Below, piece after piece: positions 29,687 through 41,030 of a stretch of DNA of 64,000 nt (positions within the stretch are counted from its first letter, which is position 1; each line of letters starts with the position of its first letter). Position numbers and translations under genes: made by a program. A model generated the notes under the pieces. That model ran no database searches and was not told where the DNA came from. It saw nothing but the letters and a program-made list of their open reading frames with translations. Source of the stretch: Chloropicon primus (taxonomy: Eukaryota); assembly GCA_023205875.1 (NCBI GenBank), contig CP060754.1, positions 806,001 through 870,000 on the forward strand, in the 5' to 3' direction.

Positions 29687-29896
29687 GCTATTTCCTCCCA
29701 GCCACCGCCACGCCACGCACTATGATGGGTATCTGGGCGGAGAATCTGACTCTCAATCTGCCTCTTGCCTTGTGCCCCTCTCCTCCAAGGCAAGGTACCC
29801 CCCACACCACACCACACCACACCATCGGTGGGATGGTCCCTCTTGCCTGTCAATGCCCGAAACCGAAACCTTTTCCAAGATGGCGTCTTGATTGGG

Positions 29897-29924
29897 AAGA
29901 GAAGAGAAGAGAAGAGAAGAGAAG
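29897..29924. repeat. Pentanucleotide microsatellite (GAAGA)n
   Basis: Directly visible in the SGT1/myosin divergent spacer. Confidence 0.85.
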
Positions 29925-30121
29925 AGGAGACAGTCCATTCCACCGTTTTTTGGACCAGCCTGGACGGAGAGGAAAGACGACTTTGTGGCCAGAAGGGTAA
30001 GGGGTGGTGTAGTGGTGCGCAAGGGGAAGGGGAAGGGGAGGAGGGGCGCGGGGGACCTGAGGACTGGGAGGGGGGGAACGCCGTGGTTGGCGCGTCTTGG
30101 TGCGAATTGGACGAGGACAAG

Positions 30122-33100
30122 ATGTCGTCGAGAAAGATGACTGTGGAGAACTCCTGGGTCGAAGGCTCACCAGCCTATGCCTTGGATGAGCAGAAGGGTT
30201 GGCTGAGGGTCAGAGTGGCCTCGGTGGCGGGGGACAAGGTGAATGTGAAGGACGGAAAAAGGTGAGTCCTTTGGTGTGCCAGGCGACTCGATCTTCCCAC
30301 GACGACTAAGACTCTTTTCTCCTTTCCCGAACTTTTTCCAATTTCCATTTGCAGGTCCTTCACGGTAAAGGCGAGGGACTTGCAGCTCAGCTCCGAAAAA
30401 GCGCTCAAGGTAGGTCGCCGCTCATATCAACCGCGCAAACGAGACGACTTCTCCTCTCGGGTCGCCCGCTCCTTGTCCCCCCGTCTCTGCATGCGCATGC
30501 CAGACTTCCTGACAAACTACCTTGAATCGCAGGGAATCGAGGATATGATTGGCTTGGACATCCTGCACGAGGGAGCTATCCAGAACAACGTTGAAGTTCG
30601 ATACGGCAAGAAGCAGATATACACGTACGTCGGGACGATTCTCGTCTCGATAAACCCGTACGAGCAGATTCCAAACTTGTACACGGAGGAGACCATCAGA
30701 GACTTCCTGCAGAAGGGCGCCAAGGCACCTCCGCACCTGTACTCGGTGTCAGACAACGTGTACTCCCAGATGTTGACCACTGGGAAGGACCAGTCCATGC
30801 TGATCAGCGGAGAGAGTGGCGCAGGGAAGACGGAAGCGACAAAACATTGCCTGAGATACCTGACGTACAAGGCGACGGAGAACACCGCATTCGATGGTTC
30901 GAACCTGATCAAGCAGTGCATCGTAGACGTGAACCCCGTATTGGAGGCCTTCGGGAATGCGAAGACGAAGAGGAACAACAATTCTTCGAGGTTCGGAAAG
31001 CTTTTTCAGGTGCAGTTCGACGGAAAGGGGGCAATCGTTGGAGGAAACCTCATTAGCTACTTGCTCGAGAAGAGTCGCGTCGTGAAGGCGAACAAGGGAG
31101 AGAGGGGCTACCACATATTTTACCAGCTCTGCAAGGGGGCGTCCAAGAAGCAAATCGAGGCTCTTAGCCTCGAGGACTACAAGGAATTCGAGTATCTCAA
31201 GAAGGGAGACTGTTTCGACGTGGAGGACATGAACGATGTGGAAGAGTTCGAGAAGGTGTGCGCAGCAATGTCAAAGTGTGGAATCCAAGAAGAGACTCAG
31301 TCCAAGATGTTCTCGATACTCGCGGCGATTTTGCACTTGGGCAACATCAATTTCGAGGAGAAGGAAGGCGGAACAGGGGAGAACGACTACGGAGAAGTGT
31401 CTCAAGCGTCCACCAAGTCCCTCAACGTCGCAGCAATTCTTTTGGGAGTCAGTCCCAAGCTCCTTCAGGAGTCCCTGAGCCAGCGCACCATGGGCGGGGG
31501 AAGGGGAAGCATTTACAAGATTCCGTTGGGGTGCAAGAACTGCATGGATTCTCGAGACGCCCTCTGCAAGGAGATGTATTCCATGCTTTTTGCGTGGCTG
31601 ATCCATGTGATCAACATCACGATGGCCAGCAAGAATGATCCGAAGAATTTCATTGCTGTGCTTGATATTTTTGGATTTGAAGTCTTTGAGCAGAACTCTT
31701 TTGAGCAGCTGTGCATCAATTATGCGAACGAGGTCCTGCACCAGCAGTTCATCCATCACTACTTCAAGCTGGAGCAAGAAGAGTACGCGACAGAGGGCCT
31801 CAATGTGGAGATCCTCCAGATAGACCAGGTGGACAACAAGCCCGTGCTTCAATTGATGACAGCAAAGCCCATTAGTGTGTTTGCCCTACTCGAGGAACAG
31901 TGCCAGATTGCGCGAGGTAGTGATGAAATCTTCATCGATAGGTTTACCGAGTGCCTCACAAAGATGGATGCCAAGTCTTCTTGCTTGGCTTCCCGGGTGA
32001 ATCGCCAGCCTACCATTTTCGAGATCAAGCACTTTGCCGGAACAGTAAAGTACGACGCAATTGGCTTCATTGAGAAGAACAAGGACCCGTTGCACGTGGA
32101 CCTTCAAAATTTGATGAACATAGCCGCGAAAAAGAACGAGCTCCTGGGCAACGTCTTGAAGTTTGGCACGACGAATCGAAAGATGAACACGACCGTCATC
32201 AAGACCTTCCAGAAGCAGGTCAACGGGCTCATGGAGCTCTTGGACAAGACGGAGCCGAATTATGTTCGTTGTATCAAACCAAATGAGAGGAAAGCTCCTC
32301 AGCAGTTCGAAGGTCCCCTCATCCTTTCACAGATGAGGTATTCGGGATTACTCGATTCTATTCGTATTCGGCAAGCCGGGTACGCGGTACGGAGAACTTT
32401 TGAGGACATCATAGACCTCTTTGGGAATTCAAAGCTAGGAAGAGCAGGAAAGGCCGAGGGTGGCAAGCAGGGTGCCCTGTCTATTCTTCAGGCGACGAAG
32501 ATGAGCCCAGATGCCTATGTCTTCGGAAAGACCAAGGTCTTCTTTAAGGATGTGGACAACTACGCCCACCTGCTCAACGAGATGGCCGCGATAGAGCACA
32601 ATGCCGCCGTCAGAGTCCAAGCAAAGTGGAGGCAGGCCTACGAGAAGAAGAAGTTCATCCACGCCATGGGGTGCGTCATGCGCCTGAAGAACTTGCTCAT
32701 CACGAAGATTCACAGGCAAAGGTTTTTGAAGAAGAAACAAGCGGCGATCAAGATGCAAAAGAGCTTCAGGGGCTTTAAAGCAAGGAAGGAGCTTGCGGAG
32801 GCGAAGAAGGAGCAGATGAACAGCAAGATAAAGGAGTACTCAAAGCGGTGGGAGAACGCATTCCTCTGCTTGAAGAAGACCAGGGAGAACTTGAGGAGGA
32901 CCGGGTGGGCTTACAAGAAGGGAGGCAGGTTCGGTGGCCGAAGAAATTGGCACAAGCGCTACTTTGTTCTTTACGAGGACTGCCTTTCTTACTACTCGGA
33001 CGTGGACACTGGGATCAAGCCCCTGGGGTTCAAGGGAAGCGCGCTCTTGCTGAAGGTCAAGGACGTGGCCTGCGAGACAAGGAACTCCTTCTTCTTCCGT

Positions 33101-33346
33101 GACAAGAAAATGAGCAGGGAGAAGTCGGAGACCTACCTCATGGTGATGAAGATGGAAGACGACACGGAGATGCTCGTGGGGGCCGATACTCCCGCGGAGC
33201 TCGACGAGTGGAAGGAGTCCCTGAGGATCGCCATTAGGGAGCAGACGCTCCTCCAGGAGGCAAAGGAGTCCGAGGACAAGATGCCAAAGGCGGACATCGA
33301 GGAGGTCGAAAAGATGCTGAGAGAGGTTGAAATAAGAGCAAAATAA
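30122..33346 (+). CDS. Myosin heavy chain: SH3-like N-terminus, motor, IQ motifs, C-terminal PH domain (exons 30122-30261, 30355-30409, 30533-33346)
   Basis: P-loop GESGAGKT, switch I NNNSSRFGK, switch II LDIFGFE, YVRCIKPN; IQ motifs VQAKWRQ and MQKSFRG; PH pattern GWAYKKGG...NWHKRYFVL...LSYY...EW. Confidence 0.93.
30262..30354 (+). other. Myosin intron 1, 93 bp, phase 2
   Basis: GTGAGT donor, ACTAAG branch-like site, TTTGCAG acceptor; restores frame. Confidence 0.85.
30410..30532 (+). other. Myosin intron 2, 123 bp, phase 0, stop-free in frame
   Basis: GTAGGT donor, CCTGAC branch, CGCAG acceptor before GIEDMIGL. Confidence 0.75.
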
Positions 33347-33422
33347 ACAGAGGTAAACTTCTTTCCAATACTTATATAAATTTACTGTAACAAGTGTAAA
33401 AAGCTGCCTCGCAACCAAGGGC

Positions 33423-34211
33423 TCAAGTCGTGAAGCTCTCTCCACAACCGCAGGCTCCTTTGGAGTTTGGGTTTATGAACACGAACTCCGACTTGAGCCG
33501 GTCTTCCTGGTAGTCCATCTTCGTGCCCACGACGTGCATAATCGCCTTCCCGTCCACGACAACTTGAACGCCGAACTGCTCGATAAGTTCGTCGAACTTG
33601 CCGACCTCGTCCGCGTAGTTGAGCGTGTAGCTCAGCCCGTTGCAGCCCCTGGAGCGCACCCCGAGCCTGAGGTACTGTTTTTCCCTCTTCCCCAAAAGCT
33701 CACGTATCCTTTCCGCCGCCCTCTCCGTCAGGGTTATGGGCGCAATGGACCGCAGTCTGCTCGTCATCCGCTTCTTCTTCTTCTTCTTCGTCGTCGTCGC
33801 AGGCCCGCCCCCCGTCGCGCTCTCCTCGGGCGACCCCGGGGCCGAGGAGGCGGAGGCTTGCCCACCACCGGTGGCCCTGCCCCGCGTCGCCGCATCTTCC
33901 GCTCTCAGTTTCTCCTCCTCCCCAACCGTGCGCGTGAACGACGACGACGGTGCTGGGTCCTCCACCGCACCGCGGAGTCCCCCTCCCCCTCCCCTCCCCT
34001 CCTTCCTCCACGTCGTCGTCGTCGTCGTCGTCGTCGACCCCTTCCCCTCCCTCTCGTCCGTCGCCTCTTCCGTCCTCTGCCAACCTCCCGTCGTGGTGGA
34101 CCCCGTCCTCACATGATTCCAACACCTCTGCGGCTTCAGCTTGTTCCTCCACCCCCCGAGCGCCTCCCTCCAGGCTTCCTTCCCCAGCACAAACCCAGCC
34201 CTGTGCGCCAT
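33423..34211 (-). CDS. ISCA1: Iron-sulfur cluster assembly protein IscA1 (mitochondrial A-type carrier)
   Basis: [44 protein letters not shown]; long low-complexity N-terminal extension. Confidence 0.93.
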   Translation of the reverse strand: MAHRAGFVLGKEAWREALGGWRNKLKPQRCWNHVRTGSTTTGGWQRTEEATDEREGKGSTTTTTTTTWRKEGRGGGGGLRGAVEDPAPSSSFTRTVGEEEKLRAEDAATRGRATGGGQASASSAPGSPEESATGGGPATTTKKKKKKRMTSRLRSIAPITLTERAAERIRELLGKREKQYLRLGVRSRGCNGLSYTLNYADEVGKFDELIEQFGVQVVVDGKAIMHVVGTKMDYQEDRLKSEFVFINPNSKGACGCGESFTT

Positions 34212-34339
34212 CTTCCTCTGTGCTCTGCGAAGGCGAAGCGAATCCCCCCTCCTCCCCGCCTTTCAGCCTTTCGGACGAGGACGTTCCCGTTCCCCGTTCT
34301 CGTTCCGTTCCTCCTCTCCACGAATTGGATAAGAAGGCA

Positions 34340-36784
34340 ATGGCGGCAGGAAAGGGAACAAGACTTGTTGGAGCGAGAGCCGTCAGGAGGGAAACAAGGG
34401 AAGCAAGGGGCGTCGTCATGAACGGAGCCAAGGGCGTCATGAGGATGACGAGAATGGGAAGGGTTGCGGGACTTGGGAAGGCGGCAAGGTTGACGAACAT
34501 GTGTGCCAGGCCGTTCTGTGCCAGGCCGTTGCTGAAGAGCATGGAAGGCTGGAGCGCGGCGAGGGGGCAGAGCGCGGCGAGGGGGGTGCTGGGGGTGTCC
34601 TTGCGCAGGAAGGGGGAGACCTTCTCGACGATTACCTCGTCCTCCTTCGTGCTGAACGCGGTGAGGAGGAAGAAGACCAAGCCGAGGCTCTTCGAGGCCT
34701 CGAGCTGCAGACACAAGACCACGAACGCTGCAGCGGTGGAGGTCGCGCGCGGGGAGTACTCCCTCGACCCGGAGCTGGAGGGGGAGACCGAAGGCGAGAT
34801 ATTGGAGATGCCGAAGAAGATGTCGCCGGAGGAGGTCTTCGAGAACTTGGGACTCCACAAGAAGATCGCCAAGGGCCTCGCGGCGAGGGGGTTCACGGAC
34901 TTGTTCCCCATTCAGAAAGCGGTGCTGGCGGACGCTTTGGCCGGGAGGGACCTGATAGCAAGGGCGCGAACGGGAACGGGGAAGACACTTGCTTTCACCA
35001 TCCCGATCATCGAGAAGCTGATCGAGATGGACGCGGCGGCGAGCGAGCACGAGGAGCACGAGGAGGACGAGGAGGAGGACTTTGGCAGGAGGGGCGGCAG
35101 GAGGTACAGCAGGGGCGGAAGAGGAAGGAGGAACAGGAAGCCCAGGGCCCTGGTGTTGGCCCCGACCAGGGAGCTGGCGCTGCAGGTGGAGACCGAAATC
35201 AAGGAGAGTGCCCCCTTTTACAGGTCCGTCTGCGTCTACGGAGGGGCTCCAATCTTCAAGCAGGAGAGGGAGCTGAACCAGGGCGTGGACATCGTGGTCG
35301 GGACGCCGGGAAGGGTGATTGACATGCTCGAGCGCGGCATGCTGGACCTCGGCAACGTCACCTTCGCGGTTCTCGACGAGGCGGACCAGATGCTCAACAT
35401 CGGCTTCGAGCAGGACGTGGAGCAGATCTACGAGAACCTTGTCCCGGACCGTCAGAACATGCTCTTCAGCGCGACCATGCCGGCCTGGGTGAACAACCTT
35501 TCTCGCAAGTACATGAACGACCCCCTGACCGTCGATTTGGTTGGGGACCAGGGCACGGGGAAGATGGCAGAGACTGTCGACACTTTTGCGATCAAGGTGA
35601 CGAGGGACACCAGACTGGACGTCTTGGCCGACCTGATCAAGGTCCACAGCAAGAACGGGAAGACCATATGCTTCACGCAGACAAAGCGCGCCGCAGACGA
35701 GGTTGCGGCCGTGCTGTCCAGATCTCTGGCCTGCGAGGCGATCCACGGAGACGTTTCTCAGGCGCAGAGGGAGAAAACTCTGGGAAAGTTCAGGAAGGGT
35801 CACTTCAACATCCTCGTGGCGACAGACGTCGCGGCAAGAGGGCTCGACATCAATGATGTGGAGATGGTGGTGCACTATGACCTGCCACAAAACTCTGAGG
35901 CGTACCTGCACAGAAGTGGAAGAACGGGAAGGGCGGGTAAGACTGGAATTTCGATAGCCATGTTCCAGTACCACGACATTCCACAGCTGAAGGACTTGGC
36001 CAAGACCACAAAGTCGTCCTTCAAGATGATCTCCGCTCCCACAGTCGAGGAGCTCGTGAAATCCTCCACCAAGCAAGCGGAAGTCAGGCTGCACATGGTG
36101 GAGGATGATGTTGGCAAGTACTTTGAAGAGACAGCCAGGGAGCTCATCGAGAAAGAGGGCGGGGATGTTGCGTTGGCAAAGGCACTTGCAGCTCTGAGCG
36201 GGCTGACCGAAGCGCCCTCCCCAAGAAGCTCTCTCACGTACGAGGAGGGCCTCATGACCTGCCAGTTGGAGTCCGCCAGACCATTTGAGAGCTTCGGCGA
36301 AGTGGCAGGTTGCCTTGGCAGCCTGTGCCGCAAGCACGACATGTCCTACGAGAGCATTGGCCGCATCAAGATGCTGCAGAACCAGTCCAACGTGGCTTTC
36401 TTCGACGTGCCCACTGCGATGTTCGAAGTCCTCAAGGACCTCGAGCTCAAGAACGGTCTTTCCCTTGGCCAAGCGGATCCAAATGCCCTCTCTGAGTTGT
36501 ATCAGGAGGAGTTCCAGAAGTACAGGAGCGGTGGAGGCCGCGGCAACTTTGGCAGAGGAAGAGGAGGAGGCCGAGGAGGAGGAAGAGGAAGAGGAAGAGG
36601 TGGGTACGGAAGAGGTGGTGGCGGCTACGGCGGAAACAGGGGCGGCTACAAAGACAGGGGCGGCTACAGGGACAGGGATGTCGGAGGAAGAGGGAGGAGG
36701 GACAGGGGGAACAACAGAGACAGGAGAGGATCAGGATCAGGAGGAGGGTACTCTAGGTCAGGAAGTGGCTGGGAGGACTTCTGA
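34340..36784 (+). CDS. DEAD-box RNA helicase, RH3/RH53/DDX21 group, organelle-targeted, GUCT-like domain and RGG tail
   Basis: Q motif LFPIQ, ARTGTGKT, PTRELA, DEAD, SAT, ARGLD, HRSGRTGRAG; Arg-rich presequence. Exact start ATG uncertain. Confidence 0.92.
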   Translation: MAAGKGTRLVGARAVRRETREARGVVMNGAKGVMRMTRMGRVAGLGKAARLTNMCARPFCARPLLKSMEGWSAARGQSAARGVLGVSLRRKGETFSTITSSSFVLNAVRRKKTKPRLFEASSCRHKTTNAAAVEVARGEYSLDPELEGETEGEILEMPKKMSPEEVFENLGLHKKIAKGLAARGFTDLFPIQKAVLADALAGRDLIARARTGTGKTLAFTIPIIEKLIEMDAAASEHEEHEEDEEEDFGRRGGRRYSRGGRGRRNRKPRALVLAPTRELALQVETEIKESAPFYRSVCVYGGAPIFKQERELNQGVDIVVGTPGRVIDMLERGMLDLGNVTFAVLDEADQMLNIGFEQDVEQIYENLVPDRQNMLFSATMPAWVNNLSRKYMNDPLTVDLVGDQGTGKMAETVDTFAIKVTRDTRLDVLADLIKVHSKNGKTICFTQTKRAADEVAAVLSRSLACEAIHGDVSQAQREKTLGKFRKGHFNILVATDVAARGLDINDVEMVVHYDLPQNSEAYLHRSGRTGRAGKTGISIAMFQYHDIPQLKDLAKTTKSSFKMISAPTVEELVKSSTKQAEVRLHMVEDDVGKYFEETARELIEKEGGDVALAKALAALSGLTEAPSPRSSLTYEEGLMTCQLESARPFESFGEVAGCLGSLCRKHDMSYESIGRIKMLQNQSNVAFFDVPTAMFEVLKDLELKNGLSLGQADPNALSELYQEEFQKYRSGGGRGNFGRGRGGGRGGGRGRGRGGYGRGGGGYGGNRGGYKDRGGYRDRDVGGRGRRDRGNNRDRRGSGSGGGYSRSGSGWEDF

Positions 36785-36913
36785 ATGGGAAGACATGGTC
36801 GAAAGCCTCTGATCAAGGGGACACCAGGCGATGATGGAGAAAGGAAAAGTGATAATATACTGTATACTTAAGAAGTTTACTTGTATTGTAATTACACACG
36901 ACGGTTTTATGAA

Positions 36914-39900
36914 CTACACATATGTTGGCGTGGGTATACTATTCTCTTTCCCGCCGAGCTTTGATGACGCACCCTTGCCTTGCTTTGATCTTTGAATGTA
37001 GATTGTCAACAGCTTCAGCTGAGCCGTTGAGAGTGGAGACAGGTGGACCATCAGCGCATTGCCCATACTTGCGTAAATGTCTACTAGGCAAAATACGACA
37101 GCTTTGCGCACATCGGCATCGGGGCTGTTGAACGAAGAAAACAAAGGGGGCAGCACCTCCACAAGTCTCTCATCCAAATGTGATTGTGATAGCTTTGCCA
37201 AAGCTTTCCCGATAGCTCTGAAACTTGATACTAGGGACGCGTTTCTCTGCGGGTCTTCCGTCAAGTACGGAATACGGTCTAACAGGAGCTGCACGGCATA
37301 TTCTGCATTGCTGCTGCTAGCCAAAGCCAGAAGACATTCCTCAGCCGATTGTTTGACTTCCAAGTGTGCTTCACCAACGGCTTGTAGCGCCAGAGAGATG
37401 ACGCTGTCAAGAGAGTCTGAAAGCAATTCTGGAAGGTGGCAAGCGACTTGTTTTACCGCTAAGAGAGCACATGCTTTCACCCCTGGCACACTCGCCTGCA
37501 TGTAGTCCAAGAGCTTTGCCATCGTATCTCCAATGAAAACCTCCCACACACTGCTGGGGTACTTTCTTGCAAGAGTCGAAAACTGCTTCAAAGCAAAATC
37601 TTGCTTCAAGTTGCACTTGCCCAAATTCACTAATATCACACTCAAGTCGTGCATCTCCACATCGCTGCCGGAATCTTGCAGCTCCAAGTTGTACGACTTT
37701 TCTCTCAATGCAAATGGACTCCTGCTATCCTTGGCCCTGGACTTCTGGCCGAAGACTTCATCGTTGTTACCCTCAAAGGCACTCTCGTCAGTCTTCTCTG
37801 GGGAAGTATTAGAGTCACTCTCCGTTCTATAACTGGCGCTCTTCGTCACACCTCCATGTGGGCTCTCGGCTCTTGTTACAGTCTCCATCTCTCTCAGATC
37901 CTCAGCTTGGTCCACTGATTTCCTGCTTTTGTCATCTGCGGGTTTTTCTAGCCAGCATAAGTTGTGGATGTTCTGTGAGGCAGCATAGCTCGCAAGCTCC
38001 TCGTCAATAGAGCCAACGAAGCTGTGGACTGCCTTCCTCACCATGGACTGCTCGCGAGGAGAAAGAGACAGGATATACGCGAGCACAGGCTCTGCATCAA
38101 CAGACTGGTATACACGGACAAGCGCAGCTGCAGCCGCACGCCTCACTTCTACTACCTTTTCACAGATAAGAGGGCCAATGAGAGCAATCCAACCCTCCAA
38201 CACGCTGCCCGAAGTGACTGTGCTCTTTCTGAAATACTTGACCGAGAACTCCAGGGAGGCTATCCGTGACCTTGGGTGCTTGTTCACCTTCAAAGACCTT
38301 GTCAGTGCAGGTATCAAAGTTTCTACAGAATACCTTTCTCCCACCGTCACCAGGATCTCTGATGCAGAGCTTCTGATTTGCTCCTTGGTGTCTACCATCT
38401 TCAAAAAGAGGGGAGGGCAAAACTTCTCTATGAAAGGCTCCAAGATGTGCAAGCACAGCGGCAAAACTGCTTCAAACAGCGACAAGGACGACAAGGCCAC
38501 TTTGTGATGTGGGTCATGAAAGTGATCCACGAAAACAAAGACAAGCTTCTCGATATCAGAAGACAGTTCAGAGACTATGCCTTGCCCCTGCTTCAGAACC
38601 CAGTCTCTAAAGCTTGTGTTCTTCTCAACTTTCATGTTCCATGTCAGATTCTGCGAGCTGACGGAGTCCAGGTAAGATCTGAAGGAGAATCCGCTGGAGT
38701 GCCTCTTTGCAGGAGCCTTCTCTGCTTCCTTTACCCCGTGATTGTCGTGCTTCTTCCTACCAGGCTTGCTCTTGTCCGTCTTCAAAGACTCTGAAGACAG
38801 ACGCAAGGCTCCTCCAGCCACGGAAGATTTCGGCAAGTCGCCTCCGGCCTTGGCACCTGCTTCCCCATGGTCCACATCAGGCTGCTTCTTGGGCCAAAAT
38901 ATTGTGGCATTCTGGTCACCAGCAGCTTCCGAATCAGCAAGCTGGGCAGCGAAATCTGATTTGAGCTGCTGACTGCGGATCGATTGCCTGGCGCTCTTGG
39001 TCGCTCTCTTCTTCTTGCCTGGCTGGGCAATTGCCTTTTGAACGCTTGAGCTCAGTGTCTCAAAGAGGGCGGCGGCTTCCTCGGGCCATTCGGTCTTGTA
39101 CATCACGAAAGTTTCTCTGGCTCGCGCCCGGACGTCCTTCGAGGCATCGGAGAGCGCGCTCTTCAGCCCAGATTCAAAGTTGGCAACGTAATGATCGTAC
39201 TCTGGCTTTAGCCACGACTCCAAGATGACGTGAAAATAGTCGATGCACGCACACCGAAGCTTTGCATTCCTGCTGGTCCGAAGATTGTTAGATATCTGCG
39301 TAACGAGCTTCCCGACATGGCACGCCTTCATCATCCTCTTCACCGCACAGTGGGCAGCGTCGGCTTGCACCTGCACCGAAATGACGACCACCTTGAACAG
39401 AACGGGCACAAGATGCTCCACTATGCTGTCAGCAGACGAACCCAATTTCTCAGAGATGACAGTCAATAGGTGGCAAGCTTGCCTGCTCACCGCGCTTCTT
39501 CTGTCCAACACCTGCTCGATGAAGCACGTCTTCATGTGATTGAGGGACTGGACGAGCATGTCGAACTTCTTATCGTTCCCAAGAATGATTCCCTCAAGCC
39601 TCATCATGTGTTGCATACGGGCCTGCCAGTTCTCTGTCGTGTCGGCCAGGGCCACCTTGATGTCCTCCAAAGCATTCTGCAGCTCGTGAGAGGACTTGAT
39701 GTGGATAGGATCCGCGTCCGCCATCGTGCCGTCCGTTGTGACTCCGCCACCATCACCGAAACCACCCCTTTTGGTCCTGCTGCTGGTGGGGGAGCTCGAC
39801 GACTGTGGTGTTGCTGTGCTCCCTGTAGCTTGCGAAGGCGGCCCGTCCACCGGCGCCTGGATTTGGTCCAGCCTCGAGTTTATCTCCTTCATGTGCGCGC

Positions 39901-40546
39901 TCCTCAAGCCGTGCTCTTTCAGCGCGCTCCTGAGACTGTTCCCCAACACGCTATAGGCTGCCTCGACGCACGACATGGCTGTCTCACGCACCGTGCTCGT
40001 GGAGTCCCCCAGGAGGTGGAGGACGTCTTTAATGAGCTCGCTCTTGCGCTTGCTCGAGGTGAACTTCGCCCCGTACTCCTTGAAGCAGTGGATCGCTATC
40101 TTGAGAATCCCCTCCCGAATGTGGCTGTTCTTGTGTCTCCAGCACGAGGCGAAGCGCTCGTGCACGATGGTCGGCGAGTGCAGGCCGTCAATGATCACGA
40201 AGATGGCCTCGAGGGCCCCCTTCCTCACGGCAGCCTTGCCGTCCCCGAGCCTCTCGATCAGCGCAGGCACGAGAAGGGGCGCCATTGCCTTGGAGTGGTC
40301 ACCTGCCTGAGCCAGCGCGATCGAGGCGACGCGGAGAGCCCCGACGCACACTTTGAAGTTGTTGTCCTTCAGGAGCGAGACCACCGCGTCCGTCAGCGCG
40401 TTGAGCTCGTCCCTCCCCAGCGTGTGCGTGTCCACGTGGCTCTGTATGATCTCAAGCGCCGAGAGCCTCTGCCTCGTGTCCCCATCGTTTATTATCTCGA
40501 TCGCGTGGTACAAACTCAAGTTCGGGTCGCGTTCTTCGTCTGACAT
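36914..40546 (-). CDS. CLASP: CLIP-associated protein (TOG/HEAT microtubule regulator)
   Basis: LLKDNNFKV, LIERLGDGKAAVR, DRRSAVSRQAC, HFHDPHHKVA, C-terminal ADVRKAVVFCLVDIY...QLKLLTIYIQR. Confidence 0.93.
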   Translation of the reverse strand: MSDEERDPNLSLYHAIEIINDGDTRQRLSALEIIQSHVDTHTLGRDELNALTDAVVSLLKDNNFKVCVGALRVASIALAQAGDHSKAMAPLLVPALIERLGDGKAAVRKGALEAIFVIIDGLHSPTIVHERFASCWRHKNSHIREGILKIAIHCFKEYGAKFTSSKRKSELIKDVLHLLGDSTSTVRETAMSCVEAAYSVLGNSLRSALKEHGLRSAHMKEINSRLDQIQAPVDGPPSQATGSTATPQSSSSPTSSRTKRGGFGDGGGVTTDGTMADADPIHIKSSHELQNALEDIKVALADTTENWQARMQHMMRLEGIILGNDKKFDMLVQSLNHMKTCFIEQVLDRRSAVSRQACHLLTVISEKLGSSADSIVEHLVPVLFKVVVISVQVQADAAHCAVKRMMKACHVGKLVTQISNNLRTSRNAKLRCACIDYFHVILESWLKPEYDHYVANFESGLKSALSDASKDVRARARETFVMYKTEWPEEAAALFETLSSSVQKAIAQPGKKKRATKSARQSIRSQQLKSDFAAQLADSEAAGDQNATIFWPKKQPDVDHGEAGAKAGGDLPKSSVAGGALRLSSESLKTDKSKPGRKKHDNHGVKEAEKAPAKRHSSGFSFRSYLDSVSSQNLTWNMKVEKNTSFRDWVLKQGQGIVSELSSDIEKLVFVFVDHFHDPHHKVALSSLSLFEAVLPLCLHILEPFIEKFCPPLFLKMVDTKEQIRSSASEILVTVGERYSVETLIPALTRSLKVNKHPRSRIASLEFSVKYFRKSTVTSGSVLEGWIALIGPLICEKVVEVRRAAAAALVRVYQSVDAEPVLAYILSLSPREQSMVRKAVHSFVGSIDEELASYAASQNIHNLCWLEKPADDKSRKSVDQAEDLREMETVTRAESPHGGVTKSASYRTESDSNTSPEKTDESAFEGNNDEVFGQKSRAKDSRSPFALREKSYNLELQDSGSDVEMHDLSVILVNLGKCNLKQDFALKQFSTLARKYPSSVWEVFIGDTMAKLLDYMQASVPGVKACALLAVKQVACHLPELLSDSLDSVISLALQAVGEAHLEVKQSAEECLLALASSSNAEYAVQLLLDRIPYLTEDPQRNASLVSSFRAIGKALAKLSQSHLDERLVEVLPPLFSSFNSPDADVRKAVVFCLVDIYASMGNALMVHLSPLSTAQLKLLTIYIQRSKQGKGASSKLGGKENSIPTPTYV

Positions 40547-41030
40547 GTTTGCCTTCTCTTCTCCCTCCCGCACACCCTTGTACACAAGCCACGGCCACCG
40601 TCCTCACCACAGGTCAGTGTCTGTATGGCGCGCTTCTTCCCCACCACCTCCTCTCAGTCTCCTTGACCCCGACGCCGTGCCGTGCTCGTCACGATCGATC
40701 GCGATCGCTCCCGCTCCCCTCCCGCTCTCTCTCTCTTTCACTTTCGCCCTCCTTTCCCCGGCTCCTCTCTAATTTCCTCTTCCGCCGATTTTGAAATGCG
40801 CGCGAACAAGACGAGAGGGGGGGAACCGAACTGACCTTGGCTTTGGGCTTGGGCTTGGGAGAGGGAGGGGCGAGGCCGCTGGGAGGGGAGGGAGGGGGCC
40901 ACAACGACGAAAATATCGAGTCACCAGGGCTTTGGGTTGAGGAGAACTCGCTCACCCGCTTTGGTGGGATCCATAGGAGGGGGAAGGGGGCGTGGGAAGC
41001 AGGGCCTTGGTGGGGTGGGGTGGAGGAGAC

